A DNA stretch of 64,000 bases from Clostridiales bacterium (GTDB lineage Bacteria; Bacillota; Clostridia; Oscillospirales; CAG-272), in the NCBI GenBank assembly GCA_024693345.1, contig JAILLB010000028.1, positions 1,590 through 65,589 on the forward strand, given 5' to 3'. The first letter of the stretch is position 1. Each line of letters begins with the position of its first letter. Both the position numbers and the translations under genes were made by a program. Below are positions 39,276 through 50,156 of the stretch, piece after piece. The notes under the pieces were generated by a model that made no database searches, was not told where the DNA came from, and worked only from the letters and a program-made list of their open reading frames with translations.

Positions 39276-40125
39276 CGCCTTCGAACAGTTTCATTATTTC
39301 TGAAACCGCACTATCAACAGTGTATGCTGCAGTATTGACATCATATCCCATTGCCTTCAGTTCCATCAGAATCTGAGTAGCCTGAGGAACAGTCAGTCCG
39401 ACACTCATCAGTTCTTTTGAATGGGAGAACACTTCATCTACAGTACCTGACAGGAAAACCCTTGAATCTGACATAACAACTATGTTGTCGCAGAATTCTG
39501 CCATGTCTTCCATACTATGGCTGATTATAATGAGCGTTGAATCAGTGTCGTCCTTGTACTTTCTGAGTCTGTCGAATATTTCCTTTTTTCCTGATGGATC
39601 AAGACCCGCTGCAGGTTCGTCCAGAACAAGAATTTCAGGCCTCATAGCCATGATGCCGGCTATTGCGGCTCTTCTCTTCTGTCCACCTGAAATATCAAAC
39701 GGAGACATATCGAGTATATCTTCAGGAAGCCCGACAAATCTGATTGATTCGATTACTCTTTCATCAATTTCTTTCTGATCAAGTCCCATGTTTTTTGGGC
39801 CGAAAGAGATGTCTTTTCTTATTGTTTCATCAAAGAGCTGGTATTCAGGATACTGGAACACAAGGCCGACTTTAAATCGGATTTCCTTTATTTTCTTGGG
39901 TTCTGCCCAGATGTTTCTGTCATTGACATATACTTCACCGGAAGACACTTTCAGAAGGCCGTTCAAAAGCTGCGACAACGTGCTCTTTCCGGATCCTGTA
40001 TGACCGATTATTCCGGTTATTTTACCTTGTTCAAATTTGACGTTGACGTCGTTTACTGCAGCTTTTTCAAATGGTGTATCTTTGCTGTACGTATAGCAGG
40101 CATTTTTAAGTTCGGCTACTGTCAT
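39259..40125 (-). CDS. ecfA2: ECF transporter ATPase EcfA2
   Basis: Walker A is GHTGSGKST, the ABC signature is ISGGQKRR and Walker B is LVLDEP. Confidence 0.9.
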   Translation of the reverse strand: MTVAELKNACYTYSKDTPFEKAAVNDVNVKFEQGKITGIIGHTGSGKSTLSQLLNGLLKVSSGEVYVNDRNIWAEPKKIKEIRFKVGLVFQYPEYQLFDETIRKDISFGPKNMGLDQKEIDERVIESIRFVGLPEDILDMSPFDISGGQKRRAAIAGIMAMRPEILVLDEPAAGLDPSGKKEIFDRLRKYKDDTDSTLIIISHSMEDMAEFCDNIVVMSDSRVFLSGTVDEVFSHSKELMSVGLTVPQATQILMELKAMGYDVNTAAYTVDSAVSEIMKLFEGGDKGA

Positions 40126-40985
40126 TGCAATCCTCTCTTTCTGAGAGCATCAGCAATTTTTTCAGCCGCGCTTTTGGGATCCAGTCCTTCGGTGCTGATG
40201 TCCAGCCCTTTTTCCGAGAGCTTATTTAACACCTTTTTAGACTGAGGCAAATCCAGTCCTGTCTCTTTCAGCATCTTCTCCCGAGAAAAAATTCCCTCAG
40301 GTGTGCCGTCTGCGGCAACTCTTCCCTTTGACAATACAATTATTCTGTCGGCATATACAGCTTCATCCATGTGATGGGTTATGAGAATAATGGTTTTCCC
40401 CATGCCTGCCAGCTTAAGAATGGTCTGCATCACTTCTCTTCTGCCAATCGGGTCGAGCATTGCGGTAGATTCATCAAACACTATTACATCCGGCGACAGT
40501 GCAATTATTCCGGCAATCGCAACTCTCTGTTTCTGACCGCCTGACAACTGACTTGCAGAATGGCGGGCAAATTCTTTCATGCCCACTATGTCCAGTGCCT
40601 CATCTACTCTTCTGCGTATTTCTTTCGGTTCTACACCGAGATTTTCAGGTCCGAATGCCACATCTTCTTCGACTATTGTGGCAACCATCTGGTTGTCGGG
40701 ATTCTGAAAAACCATTCCGATCTTTTTTCTTATCTCGTATTCCTGGTCTTCAGTTACATCACTGCCTATTTTCGTTCCAAACAGTTCCAGACTTCCGGAC
40801 GTAGGCTTATTGACAAGGCAGAAAACCTTGGCCAATGTGCTCTTTCCGGATCCGTTTCTACCCAGAATGCATACAAAAGACCCCTTTTTGATATCCAGGT
40901 TGATGTCAAAAAGGACAGGTTTTATCTTGTCATCTGTCTCGTACTGAAAATTCAAATTCTCGGTTTTTATAACCGTCTCTGTCAT
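40122..40985 (-). CDS. ecfA1: ECF transporter ATPase EcfA1
   Basis: Walker A is GRNGSGKST, the signature is LSGGQKQR and Walker B is IVFDEST. Confidence 0.9.
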   Translation of the reverse strand: MTETVIKTENLNFQYETDDKIKPVLFDINLDIKKGSFVCILGRNGSGKSTLAKVFCLVNKPTSGSLELFGTKIGSDVTEDQEYEIRKKIGMVFQNPDNQMVATIVEEDVAFGPENLGVEPKEIRRRVDEALDIVGMKEFARHSASQLSGGQKQRVAIAGIIALSPDVIVFDESTAMLDPIGRREVMQTILKLAGMGKTIILITHHMDEAVYADRIIVLSKGRVAADGTPEGIFSREKMLKETGLDLPQSKKVLNKLSEKGLDISTEGLDPKSAAEKIADALRKRGLQ

Positions 40986-41003
40986 GTTTTTTGTCCTTTG
41001 ATT

Positions 41004-41852
41004 CTATTTTGTCCATCTCGCTGTTCCGCCGCATGGCAGACATGCTCCGGTTTGTGTGACTCTGAGTCCCAGCTCGTCGCATTCGGTTTTTCCGCCTTTA
41101 AGCGCGATGTTCAGTAAATATCCTATTGATGACGGTGAAAGTCCCGTCGTGTATGAGTTGACTATGAAGAAGAGCGGGTTGTCTGAAAGCAGTTTAGAAG
41201 CAGATTCAATGAATTTGCCGATATTGTCTTCAAGTTTCCAGACTTCACCCGATGGTCCTCTTCCGTATGACGGAGGATCCATTATAATCCCGTCGTACTT
41301 GTTGCCTCGCCTTATTTCTCTCTCAATGAACTTGTTGCAGTCATCCACTATGTATCTTATGGGAGCATTTTCGAGATGAGATAGTGCTGCATTTTCTTTT
41401 GCCTGTGAAACCATTCCTTTTGCAGCGTCGACATGGCATACAGATGCCCCTGCTGCGGCAGCTGCGATGCTGGCAGCTCCTGTATATGCAAACAGATTAA
41501 GCACTTTTACCGGTCTTTTGGCCTCTCTAATCTTTTCCTGAATAAAATCCCAGTTTGCAGCCTGTTCCGGAAAAACACCTGTGTGTTTGAATCCCATAGG
41601 CTTGACTTTCAGAGTGAAATTCGAATAATTGATGGTCCAGTATTCCGGAACATCTTTTTTCGTCCAGTTTCCGCCTCCGCCTTCTCTGTCATATACTGCG
41701 TCTGCCTTGTTCCATAACGGACTCTTTTTCTGATCCTTCCAGATTACCTGAGGATCGGGTCTGGACAATATGTACTTTCCCCATCTCTCAAGCCTTCTGC
41801 CATCGGAACAGTCTATGAGTTCGTAATCTTTCCATTTGTCTGAAGATATCAT
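41004..41852 (-). CDS. class I SAM-dependent (probably rRNA) methyltransferase, RlmI/RlmK C-terminal-like
   Basis: SAM motif is VLNLFAYTGAASIAAAAAGA. IIMDPPSYG is a PF10672-like methyltransferase signature. Confidence 0.75.
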   Translation of the reverse strand: MISSDKWKDYELIDCSDGRRLERWGKYILSRPDPQVIWKDQKKSPLWNKADAVYDREGGGGNWTKKDVPEYWTINYSNFTLKVKPMGFKHTGVFPEQAANWDFIQEKIREAKRPVKVLNLFAYTGAASIAAAAAGASVCHVDAAKGMVSQAKENAALSHLENAPIRYIVDDCNKFIEREIRRGNKYDGIIMDPPSYGRGPSGEVWKLEDNIGKFIESASKLLSDNPLFFIVNSYTTGLSPSSIGYLLNIALKGGKTECDELGLRVTQTGACLPCGGTARWTK

Positions 41853-41858
41853 GTTACC

Positions 41859-42923
41859 TCACCGATTTGTATCGAACCTGAGTTGTCCGCCCTTGCCGTA
41901 CGGAATGCCGAGATGGTCATATGCGAGTTTTGTCACGCATCTTCCTCTCGGAGTTCTGTTGATGAAGCCTAGTCGCATGAGATAAGGCTCATACACATCT
42001 TCAATAGTTATGGGCTCTTCGTCAATTATTGCGGAAAGAGTGTCAATTCCGACAGGGCCTCCGTTAAAGGTGGATATTATTGTTTTGAGAATTCTTCTGT
42101 CAACATCATCGAGTCCGAGTTCGTCTATGTCCAAAAGTTTCAGTGCGGCATCTGCCATTTCATCGGTTATAACGCCGTCACCTTTTACCTGTGCATAGTC
42201 TCTTACTCTTCTGAGCAGTCTGTTGGCAACTCTCGGAGTTCCTCTTGATCTCTTTGCGAGTTCAGTCAGTCCGGATTCGGAAATCTGAACATCAAGTATT
42301 CCTGCACTTCTCTTGAGAATCTTCTTTATCTCGTCATCGTTGTACAAATCCAGTTTCAGCAGTATGCCGAACCTGTCGTGAAGAGGTGTGGATATCTGTC
42401 CGGCTCTCGTTGTTGCACCAATCAGAGTAAATCTTTCAATATTGAGTTTTATTGAGTTTGCGGCCGGTCCTTTTCCGGTAATCAGGTCAAGAGTGTAGTC
42501 TTCCATTGCCGGATACATAATCTCTTCGCTTATTCTGTTCAGTCTGTGAATTTCATCTATAAACAGAACATCGTTTCTCTCGACATTGGTAAGAATTGCA
42601 GCCAGATCACCCGGCTTTTCAATAGAAGGTCCGGATGTTGTCTTTATATTAGATCCCATTTCCCTTGCGATGATTGTTGCAAGAGTTGTCTTTCCGAGTC
42701 CTGGAGGTCCGTAAATAAGGACATGATCAAGTGATTCGCCTCTCTGCTTTGCAGCTTCAATGCTTATTCTCAGAGTCTTCTTGGCTTTCTCCTGGCCCAC
42801 ATATTCATCAAGAGAAGTAGGTCTCAATCCGACTTCTTCAGCATCTTCCGTGGAATAACCCACTCCGATTATTCTTTCTTCCTGTTCTTCAACCTGGTTG
42901 ACTTTGCTTTTTTCTATCGCCAT
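41859..42923 (-). CDS. ruvB: Holliday junction branch migration helicase RuvB
   Basis: [14 protein letters not shown] is present. Walker A is GPPGLGKTT, Walker B is LFIDEIHR and sensor 1 is GATTR. Confidence 0.95.
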   Translation of the reverse strand: MAIEKSKVNQVEEQEERIIGVGYSTEDAEEVGLRPTSLDEYVGQEKAKKTLRISIEAAKQRGESLDHVLIYGPPGLGKTTLATIIAREMGSNIKTTSGPSIEKPGDLAAILTNVERNDVLFIDEIHRLNRISEEIMYPAMEDYTLDLITGKGPAANSIKLNIERFTLIGATTRAGQISTPLHDRFGILLKLDLYNDDEIKKILKRSAGILDVQISESGLTELAKRSRGTPRVANRLLRRVRDYAQVKGDGVITDEMADAALKLLDIDELGLDDVDRRILKTIISTFNGGPVGIDTLSAIIDEEPITIEDVYEPYLMRLGFINRTPRGRCVTKLAYDHLGIPYGKGGQLRFDTNR

Positions 42924-42930
42924 AAAAAGC

Positions 42931-43533
42931 TCACTTTCCTGAGTTGTATCTGCGCAGTGCTTCGCGCATTACTTCTTCTATTGTCGTACCGGTGCAGTCT
43001 TTTACAACTCTCACCGCATCGGCTTTGCTTATTCCAAGTACCATGAGTCCGTCTATTACATCTTTCTGGATGGATGAAGCGTTTCCTGCAGATGACAAAT
43101 CCAACACTTCCGTTCCTTCTTCTGATGAGATAAGCGCAATTCTCTCTTTCAACTCGAGAATGATTCTCTCAGCAGTCTTCTTTCCGATTCCCTTTGCTCC
43201 GGAAATCATCTTGACATCTCCCGTGACAATTGCACTTGCAAGTCTTTCGGGAGAAAATGCACTGAGAAGGGATATGGCTGCTTTAGGCCCAACCCCTGAA
43301 ACATTTATGAGCTGCTTGAACATGTCAAGTTCAGATTCGGTGAAAAATCCATACAGTTCCATTGCGTCTTCCCTGACAGACATGTATGTGTAGAGTTTTA
43401 CTTCTTCTCCCATCTTCGTCAGGTGCGATAGTGTGTTTGTTGAAACAGTAAGAAGGAATCCGACTCCTCCGCATTCGACAACAGCTGTCTGTGCTGTGGT
43501 GTTGGCAAGTTTTCCCTTGAGATAGTAGAACAT
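42931..43533 (-). CDS. ruvA: Holliday junction DNA-binding protein RuvA
   Basis: N-terminus is MFYYLKGKL. HhH motifs are [11 protein letters not shown] and [10 protein letters not shown]. Confidence 0.93.
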   Translation of the reverse strand: MFYYLKGKLANTTAQTAVVECGGVGFLLTVSTNTLSHLTKMGEEVKLYTYMSVREDAMELYGFFTESELDMFKQLINVSGVGPKAAISLLSAFSPERLASAIVTGDVKMISGAKGIGKKTAERIILELKERIALISSEEGTEVLDLSSAGNASSIQKDVIDGLMVLGISKADAVRVVKDCTGTTIEEVMREALRRYNSGK

Positions 43534-43548
43534 GGCTTATCCTTTCGA

Positions 43549-44064
43549 TTACGTCAATTTGACTTTTCTTCCGTTGTAGAAATCCTTTATTTTTGAACCT
43601 CTGCAGTTGTTGTGGCAGATAGCCAGAGCGAGTGCGTCGGCAGCATCGTCGGGCTTCGGCACAGCATCGAGTTTCAGTATGTTTTTGACCATTATCTGAA
43701 CCTGCTTTTTTTGTGCTCTTCCGTATCCGACAATTGTCTGCTTAACCTGAAGAGGCGTGTATTCGTATATGTCAACCATCTTCTGCTTTGCAGCTAGCAG
43801 GATTACTCCCCTCGCTTCTGCAACTCCGATGGCAGTTGTCTGGTTAGTGTTAAAGAACAGTTCTTCTATGGATATTTCCGATGGCTGATACTCATCAATG
43901 ATTTCGTTTAAATCGTTGTATATAGTCAGCAGTCTGTCTTCTATTTCGAGTCCTGCTGGAGTGGTTATTGCTCCGCAGTCTATCATCCTAATTTTTCCCC
44001 TTTCGGCTTCAATCAATCCGTATCCGACTATGGCTACGCCGGGGTCAATTCCCAGTATTATCAT
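43549..44064 (-). CDS. ruvC: crossover junction endodeoxyribonuclease RuvC
   Basis: MIILGIDPG contains the catalytic Asp. The C-terminal [12 protein letters not shown] motif is present. The ATG at 44064 follows GGAGGG and overlaps the upstream stop (ATGA). Confidence 0.92.
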   Translation of the reverse strand: MIILGIDPGVAIVGYGLIEAERGKIRMIDCGAITTPAGLEIEDRLLTIYNDLNEIIDEYQPSEISIEELFFNTNQTTAIGVAEARGVILLAAKQKMVDIYEYTPLQVKQTIVGYGRAQKKQVQIMVKNILKLDAVPKPDDAADALALAICHNNCRGSKIKDFYNGRKVKLT

Positions 44065-45035
44065 AGTGACCCTCCGTAAGCCGAATAGATGCCCAGTGTT
44101 GTGAACTGCGGGAAATTCAGTTTCAGATAGCAAATAATTGCTCTCAGATCTGTACTTGTGACATTAAGAATTATGTCAAGAGAATTCTCTCTTCCCGCAA
44201 CTGACTGAGGAAGTATATCCGTTCTTTGAATCTTTGCACCATTGAATATGGCACAGCTGAAAATCTTATCCAAATCCGAGTATTCATCCAGTGTAATCCT
44301 TATTCTGAAACATTTTTCTCCGTCCGTGTCTATTTTCATCGAGCTTGAAACCATAGCAAATTCCGTGGTGTTCTCTCCGTCAGATGAATCAACAAGAGTG
44401 GTCATGACAATATATAGCTGGGCTTTCTCTATGAAAGAACAAAACGCACTCAGTCTTCCGTCTATCGTGTTTGAGACGGGGATTATTCCGTAGTCAGCTT
44501 CGCCCTTTGAAACAGCTTCGCAGACATCAAAGAAATTGTCTGATTCAACCGGGGTACAGTTTTCAAATTTTGTTGCAAAGAATTTAAAGGCTTCGTTTAT
44601 CTGCTTGCCTGTAGTTGTTGCAATTCTGGCAGTGCTGTCAAATCCATTTGTCTCTTCTCCGCTCAGCCATTTTGTGATATCTTCGGGCCTGTTTTTGGAT
44701 GAAATATCTGACAAGAGTTTTGCAAATCTTATCTTATCTGAATCCGCCATACGTGTTTTGTAATATCCGTATTCGTCTTCATTGGCCTGACCGAAAGAAT
44801 TTCCGGGAACAAAACTGATTTTTTCTTCGTACAATCCGGGAACCTCTTCTCCGAGACAAACGGCATCCATGACGTCTTCATAATCCGTTGCGTTTCTGAG
44901 TTCTTCGGAAAAAACGGCAGACAAATCCTTCAGGTGAGCAATTCTCATCTCCAATCCGTGAGAAATTGTCTCATCTGTTCTGCTCATGTTCTCCGATATG
45001 ACATCATAATTGTCATTCTTCTCGAATTGTTCCAT
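44061..45035 (-). CDS. uncharacterised protein with a degenerate prephenate-dehydratase-like half-domain plus an ACT-like C-terminus
   Basis: [31 protein letters not shown] parallels PDT F..V..AV..G.ADyGVvPiENS..G.V. The catalytic TRF motif reads TEF. The C-terminal roughly 90 aa resembles a regulatory ACT fold. A unique 130-aa acidic N-terminus is present. Confidence 0.6.
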   Translation of the reverse strand: MEQFEKNDNYDVISENMSRTDETISHGLEMRIAHLKDLSAVFSEELRNATDYEDVMDAVCLGEEVPGLYEEKISFVPGNSFGQANEDEYGYYKTRMADSDKIRFAKLLSDISSKNRPEDITKWLSGEETNGFDSTARIATTTGKQINEAFKFFATKFENCTPVESDNFFDVCEAVSKGEADYGIIPVSNTIDGRLSAFCSFIEKAQLYIVMTTLVDSSDGENTTEFAMVSSSMKIDTDGEKCFRIRITLDEYSDLDKIFSCAIFNGAKIQRTDILPQSVAGRENSLDIILNVTSTDLRAIICYLKLNFPQFTTLGIYSAYGGSL

Positions 45036-45042
45036 GTTTCAC

Positions 45043-45900
45043 CTAGTTGAGTATTTTGAATTTTAAGCTGATATCCAGTGCTTTTACGCTGTGGGTCAGT
45101 GCTCCGATACTGATTATATCCACACCTGTCTCAGCTATTTTTCTCAGTTGCTCAGATGTCTTGTCACCCATGTTTCCGGAAGCTTCTGTAAGCACTCTTC
45201 CTCCGATGAGTTTGACTGCTTCTCTTGTCGTTTCCAAATCCATGTTGTCAAGCATTATAATATCGACACCTGCATCAAGAGCTTCCTGAACCTGCTCAAG
45301 AGTCTCGGTTTCAACTTCAATTTTTATCGTGTGAGGAGCTTTTTCTTTTGCGGCTTTCACTGCATTTGTTATTCCGCCTGCAGCTGCAATGTGATTATCC
45401 TTAATCAGAATTCCGTCAGAAAGACCAAATCTGTGATTTGAACCGCCACCAACTTTGACTGCATACTTTTCAAGTTTGCGCATCAGAGGAGTTGTTTTTC
45501 TTGTGTCGGATATCTTTGCTCCTGTTCCCTCGACTGCTTTGACAGCTTCGCGGGTTCTGGTTGCGATACCTGACAGTCTCTGCATTACATTGAGACCTGT
45601 TCTCTCTCCGACAAGTATAGTCTTGGCATCTCCCGATACTTCTGCTATGACATCGCCTTTGAAAACAACGTCGCCGTCTTTTTTGATTATCCTGAAATCA
45701 ACTTTGCCTCCGAGCAATTCGAACACTCTTTTCGCAAAATCCACACCGCATACGATTCCGTCATCTTTGGCAATATATCTGCCGCTCGCAATTGTCCCGT
45801 CTGCGACAGTGCACTCGGTGGTAATATCTCCGTCACCGACATCTTCGTTCAATGCGGCCAGGATGTACTCGTCTGTTTTTCTGTCAATAATCATAATCAA
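45043..45900 (-). CDS. nadC: nicotinate-nucleotide diphosphorylase (carboxylating)
   Basis: LAALNEDVGDGDITT is present. The family core MLDNM and the KIEVE pattern are both found. Last gene of the nadA-nadB-nadC operon. Confidence 0.92.
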   Translation of the reverse strand: MIMIIDRKTDEYILAALNEDVGDGDITTECTVADGTIASGRYIAKDDGIVCGVDFAKRVFELLGGKVDFRIIKKDGDVVFKGDVIAEVSGDAKTILVGERTGLNVMQRLSGIATRTREAVKAVEGTGAKISDTRKTTPLMRKLEKYAVKVGGGSNHRFGLSDGILIKDNHIAAAGGITNAVKAAKEKAPHTIKIEVETETLEQVQEALDAGVDIIMLDNMDLETTREAVKLIGGRVLTEASGNMGDKTSEQLRKIAETGVDIISIGALTHSVKALDISLKFKILN

Positions 45901-47429
45901 TCCTCAATATAGTGAGCACCGATGCTCTCTTTTCTTTCATTTGCACCGTCAAGAATCATCTTTGCAGTGCAGACCATGTTGTAATAATCGTAATCCTCGG
46001 GATTAACGAGTTTGAGTTTGTCAGCTTTTTCAGATATTTCATCCATCAGTTTTTTGCCTTCTGCCAGACCTTTTCTGGTTCTGACGGCATTCGCATATTC
46101 TGACACAATCTTTCTGACTTCAAGCTGCTTATTATCTATTTCGGAACATTTGCCTGTTGATTCGTCTCTGCCGGCCTTGACTCCTCCTTCTGAAGTGCGG
46201 AAGTGACCGTTTATATATTCCGCTGCTCTTCTTCCGAAGACAAGACACTCAAGCATTGAGTTGCTTGCAAGTCTGTTTGCTCCGTGGATTCCTGTCCAGG
46301 CACATTCGCCGGCCGCATACAGACCTTCCACATTTGTTTTTCCGTCAAGATCCGTCTGAATTCCACCCATCTGATAATGCTGGGATGGTCTAATTGGAAT
46401 ATATTCTCTCGGAACATCTATTCCTTCATCGTGACATTTCTGATAAATCGTCGGGAATCTGTGCTTGAAGAATTCTTCATCCATCGATGAGACATCAAGC
46501 CACACATTATCCAGGTGTTCTTTCTTCATTTCCGAAAGGATTGCTCTTGTGACTATGTCTCTCGGTGCAAGGTCGGCTCTCGGGTGTTTGCCCTGCATGA
46601 AGGCTTCCCCTCTCTGGTTTCTCAGTATTCCGCCTTCGCCTCTCACTGCTTCGGAAATAAGGAAGGCTCTCTCCGAGTTTTCCATAGATCCTATTGCAAG
46701 TGTTGTTGGGTGGAACTGAACAAGTTCCATTCCGAAAATTTCTGCACCTGCACGAGCCGCTGAGCATATTCCGTCACCTATGGCTCCTGCCGGGTTTGTA
46801 CTGCTAAGATATATGTGTCCGATTCCTCCTGTGGCAAGAATCATGTTGCGACACTCAATTATCTTGTATTCACCGTCATTTACCAGTGCTCCGCACACAC
46901 CTTTTTCGTCGGTCAGTATGTCAACCATGTATGTCTCGAACTTTACTTCGATGTTCTTTTTCGACATCGCAATTTCGCCGAGGCGCTTTGTTGTTTCTCT
47001 GCCTGTTGCGTCTCCTCCGGCGTGAACAATTCTTCTGTGGCTGTGTCCGCCTTCTCTAGTAATTTCAAGATCGCCTTCAGGGTTGTGGTCAAACGGAACA
47101 TTATCTGCTATAAGTTCCTGAATGTTTTTCGGACCTTCATCGACAAGCACTTCAACGGCTTTTCTGTCGCAGAGACCTGCTCCGGCCACAAGGGTGTCTT
47201 CTATATGTGAATCAAAGAAATCATCAGGTGCAATTACCGATGCAATTCCTCCCTGAGCAAGCCATGAATTTGATCCGTCAACCTTGGTTTTGGTTACAAT
47301 CATGACTTTGTGTTCAGGGTTTATGTGCAAAGCGGAATAAAGACCTGCAATTCCCGATCCTATTACAAGCACATCACACTGTTCTCTTTTAAGATTTTCC
47401 GTCTCACCGGAATAAAGGTACCTTTTCAT
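45897..47429 (-). CDS. nadB: L-aspartate oxidase
   Basis: FAD motif is VLVIGSGIAGL. The succinate-dehydrogenase-like flavoprotein pattern includes HPTTL and RGEGG. The 3' end has a 4-nt overlap with nadC. Confidence 0.93.
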   Translation of the reverse strand: MKRYLYSGETENLKREQCDVLVIGSGIAGLYSALHINPEHKVMIVTKTKVDGSNSWLAQGGIASVIAPDDFFDSHIEDTLVAGAGLCDRKAVEVLVDEGPKNIQELIADNVPFDHNPEGDLEITREGGHSHRRIVHAGGDATGRETTKRLGEIAMSKKNIEVKFETYMVDILTDEKGVCGALVNDGEYKIIECRNMILATGGIGHIYLSSTNPAGAIGDGICSAARAGAEIFGMELVQFHPTTLAIGSMENSERAFLISEAVRGEGGILRNQRGEAFMQGKHPRADLAPRDIVTRAILSEMKKEHLDNVWLDVSSMDEEFFKHRFPTIYQKCHDEGIDVPREYIPIRPSQHYQMGGIQTDLDGKTNVEGLYAAGECAWTGIHGANRLASNSMLECLVFGRRAAEYINGHFRTSEGGVKAGRDESTGKCSEIDNKQLEVRKIVSEYANAVRTRKGLAEGKKLMDEISEKADKLKLVNPEDYDYYNMVCTAKMILDGANERKESIGAHYIED

Positions 47430-47445
47430 CTGAAGTTTTTGCTCC

Positions 47446-48357
47446 TTAAACTCTCATCATTCGATCAAGCGGAGTGAATGCTTTGAGTCTCAGTTCCTCC
47501 GGCATGTCTATTTCGCCAATTTCGTCTCTGAGACAATCTCTGAGATTAATAAGCGACGTGTATTTCATGTTTATGCACACAAGTTTTGGCGACAGAAGGT
47601 AAAACTTTTTGCCCGGATTGTATTCGGTCAGTCTTTCCACTACTCCGTACTCTGTGCCTATGATAAATTCTTCAGCGGTTGAAGATTCGGCTTCGCGAAT
47701 GATTCCCGAAGTGCTTCCGACATAATCGGCTAAATCCACAACTTCTTTTTCACACTCGGGATGCACAAGCAGCCTTGCATTTGGATGCTGTTTCTTTGCC
47801 TTGAGTGCTTCGTCTCTCGTTATATTTCTGTGAACCGGACAATATCCGTAGTAGAAGTGGAACATCTTGTCCGGGAGTTTGCCTGCTACATATGCACCGA
47901 GATTTTTGTCGGGAACGAAAATAATCTCATTTGTGTCAAGACTTTCACATACGCGAACCGCATTTGAAGATGTGCAGCATATATCACTCTCAGCTTTGGT
48001 TTCGGCACTTGAGTTTACATAGCACACCACGGCTGCTTTCGGATACTGACCCTTGAGTTCCCTGAGTTTGGAAGCGGTTACCATGTCTGCCATCTGACAT
48101 CCTGCATCCGGTCTAGGCATCAGAACCTTTTTGGTCGGATTCAGTATCTTTGCGCTCTCGCCCATGAATCTTACGCCGCAGAACACGATGAGATTGTTTT
48201 CGGCCTCTTTTGCTCTCTTCGCAAGTTCAAAAGAATCTCCGACAAAATCTGCACATTTCTGGATTTCAAGGCGCTGATAATAATGTGCAAGTACGAGTGC
48301 TCCGCGTTCTTCCTTCAGTTTCAGTATTTCTTCAATCAACATTTCGTTCTCGTTCAT
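47446..48357 (-). CDS. nadA: quinolinate synthase
   Basis: LAHYYQ, DFVGDS, VHPEC and three Cys ligand contexts are present. The start is trimmed to the ATG at 48357, which follows GAGAGGAGA. Confidence 0.92.
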   Translation of the reverse strand: MNENEMLIEEILKLKEERGALVLAHYYQRLEIQKCADFVGDSFELAKRAKEAENNLIVFCGVRFMGESAKILNPTKKVLMPRPDAGCQMADMVTASKLRELKGQYPKAAVVCYVNSSAETKAESDICCTSSNAVRVCESLDTNEIIFVPDKNLGAYVAGKLPDKMFHFYYGYCPVHRNITRDEALKAKKQHPNARLLVHPECEKEVVDLADYVGSTSGIIREAESSTAEEFIIGTEYGVVERLTEYNPGKKFYLLSPKLVCINMKYTSLINLRDCLRDEIGEIDMPEELRLKAFTPLDRMMRV

Positions 48358-48576
48358 AACAGATGCCTGCAAGGCAGGTCTCCTCTCACATTCTCGAAAA
48401 TTGTTTTTCAAATTGCACAATACGGCATTGTAAAGTAATTATATCATACGCACAAAACTTAAACAAGTTATTATATGACAAAAATGCACATTTCCAAGGC
48501 ATCTTTTTTTGTTCACCATTTACAATTTCTGGCAAAAAACGTATAATTTAACCATGAACGAAAAACGGGAGAGATT

Positions 48577-49527
48577 ATGTACAGATTATCACTTGCACCG
48601 ATGGCCGGAATGGCAGACAGGGCTTACAGACTTCTCTGCAAACAGCACGGTGCGGATTACCTCACAACCGAGATGATATCCGCTAAAGCAGTCTGTTACG
48701 GAGACAAAAAAACTTTTGATATAGCGAAAATGGATAAGACGGAATTGCCTGCAGCCATTCAGATTTTCGGTTCCGAACCTGAATTCATGGGCAAAGGCAC
48801 TTACCTGCTCTTAGACTGGTCAGTCAAAGAAGGAATAACTCCCGCGGCAGTAGACATAAACATGGGATGCCCCGTTCCGAAAATCACAAGAAACGGAGAG
48901 GGTTCTTCCCTGATGAGAAACCCAGAACTTGCAGGAAAAATCATCGATGAGACAAGAAAGAATTCAGGTGATATACCGGTTACGGTCAAAATGAGACTCG
49001 GATGGGATTCGAGCAGCATAAATGTAGTGGAATTCGCGAAAATGGCTGAGGCGCATGGAGCATCAAGCATATGTGTTCACGCAAGGACAAAGGAACAGAT
49101 GTACTCCCCTTCCGCAGACTGGTCGTGGATTGGAAAAGTCAAACAGGCGGTTTCAATACCGGTTGTTGGCAACGGAGACATTTTCAGTTCTGAAGATGCA
49201 ATAAGGATGTTTGAAGAAACGGGCTGCGATGCTGTTGCCGTTGCAAGAGGCGCGCTAGGTAATCCATGGATATTTGAAGAAATCCATGACAGGCTTAACG
49301 GCATAACTCCCAAGGTCATAACCAAAAAAGAGCGTGTAAGCGAAGCAATCAGATATCTCAAACTCGCGGTTGAACTGAAAGGTGAAGAAAAAGGCGTTGT
49401 CGAGAGCAGAAAAATACTCGGCTTCTTTATAAAAGGTCTTTACGGATCACCAAGGGTCAGAAACCTTATCAATCTAACTTCAAAGGAGAGCGACATGGAA
49501 AGACTTCTTCTGTCGCTGCTGGACTAG
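48577..49527 (+). CDS. dusB: tRNA-dihydrouridine synthase
   Basis: [13 protein letters not shown] is present. The catalytic Cys context is NMGCP. The [16 protein letters not shown]-like motif reads [16 protein letters not shown]. Confidence 0.92.
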   Translation: MYRLSLAPMAGMADRAYRLLCKQHGADYLTTEMISAKAVCYGDKKTFDIAKMDKTELPAAIQIFGSEPEFMGKGTYLLLDWSVKEGITPAAVDINMGCPVPKITRNGEGSSLMRNPELAGKIIDETRKNSGDIPVTVKMRLGWDSSSINVVEFAKMAEAHGASSICVHARTKEQMYSPSADWSWIGKVKQAVSIPVVGNGDIFSSEDAIRMFEETGCDAVAVARGALGNPWIFEEIHDRLNGITPKVITKKERVSEAIRYLKLAVELKGEEKGVVESRKILGFFIKGLYGSPRVRNLINLTSKESDMERLLLSLLD

Positions 49528-49528
49528 T

Positions 49529-50092
49529 ATGAAAGACAAGAGCATCAGAATCGTCATATTCGACTGGCTGGAAGAAAACTTTGGCAAAATGAGAATATTC
49601 GAAGAGAGTCCCATAGGCAAATCCAGGTGCGATTTCTATGTCGTGACAGACAAGCTGACGGGTTTTGAAATCAAGAGCGACGCAGATACGTATGAAAGAC
49701 TCAGCAGTCAGGTCAAAAACTATGACGCATATTTTGATCAGAACTATATCGTCGTTGGAGAACAGCACAAAAAATCCGTGGTAAAGAAAGTCCCGGATCA
49801 CTGGGGAATTCTCTGCGTATCCGATGAAGAAGAGGGATTTGTTGTCAAAGTCATCAGAAGAGCAGTAAACAACCCCAAAGTAAAACGCGAAAAACAGATG
49901 TCAAAACTCTGGCATAACGAATTGACTTCAATTGCCAAAAAACTTGGCACTCCTCTGTACATGGGACAGAGAAAACAGACCAGAATCAAGGGCATAATAA
50001 AACATTCTGAAGACTCTGCTCTTCTCGGTGCAATATGCGAAGAATTGTTTGAAAGAGACTATACAAATTACCAGGGCGACGAGGATGATTAA
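49529..50092 (+). CDS. PD-(D/E)XK nuclease-fold protein (sce7726/MmcB-like by pattern)
   Basis: SRCDFYVV...GFEIKSDADTYERLSSQVKNYDAYFDQNYIVV gives a D...E-x-K core followed by the Y..vFD..y.V pattern I associate with that family. The ATG lies 1 nt after the dusB stop. Confidence 0.55.
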   Translation: MKDKSIRIVIFDWLEENFGKMRIFEESPIGKSRCDFYVVTDKLTGFEIKSDADTYERLSSQVKNYDAYFDQNYIVVGEQHKKSVVKKVPDHWGILCVSDEEEGFVVKVIRRAVNNPKVKREKQMSKLWHNELTSIAKKLGTPLYMGQRKQTRIKGIIKHSEDSALLGAICEELFERDYTNYQGDEDD

Positions 50093-50156
50093 CACAAATG
50101 TATTAATTTTGACATCGCCTGTATTTACAACATATTTTCGAAAGTGAGACACTATT

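Noticed and set aside
48358-48576. A possible NAD-responsive riboswitch or NiaR/NadR operator in the nadA-dusB divergent intergenic region.
   Set aside because: I could not recognise a conserved riboswitch core or a convincing palindromic operator by eye. A covariance-model scan would be needed, and I make no claim.
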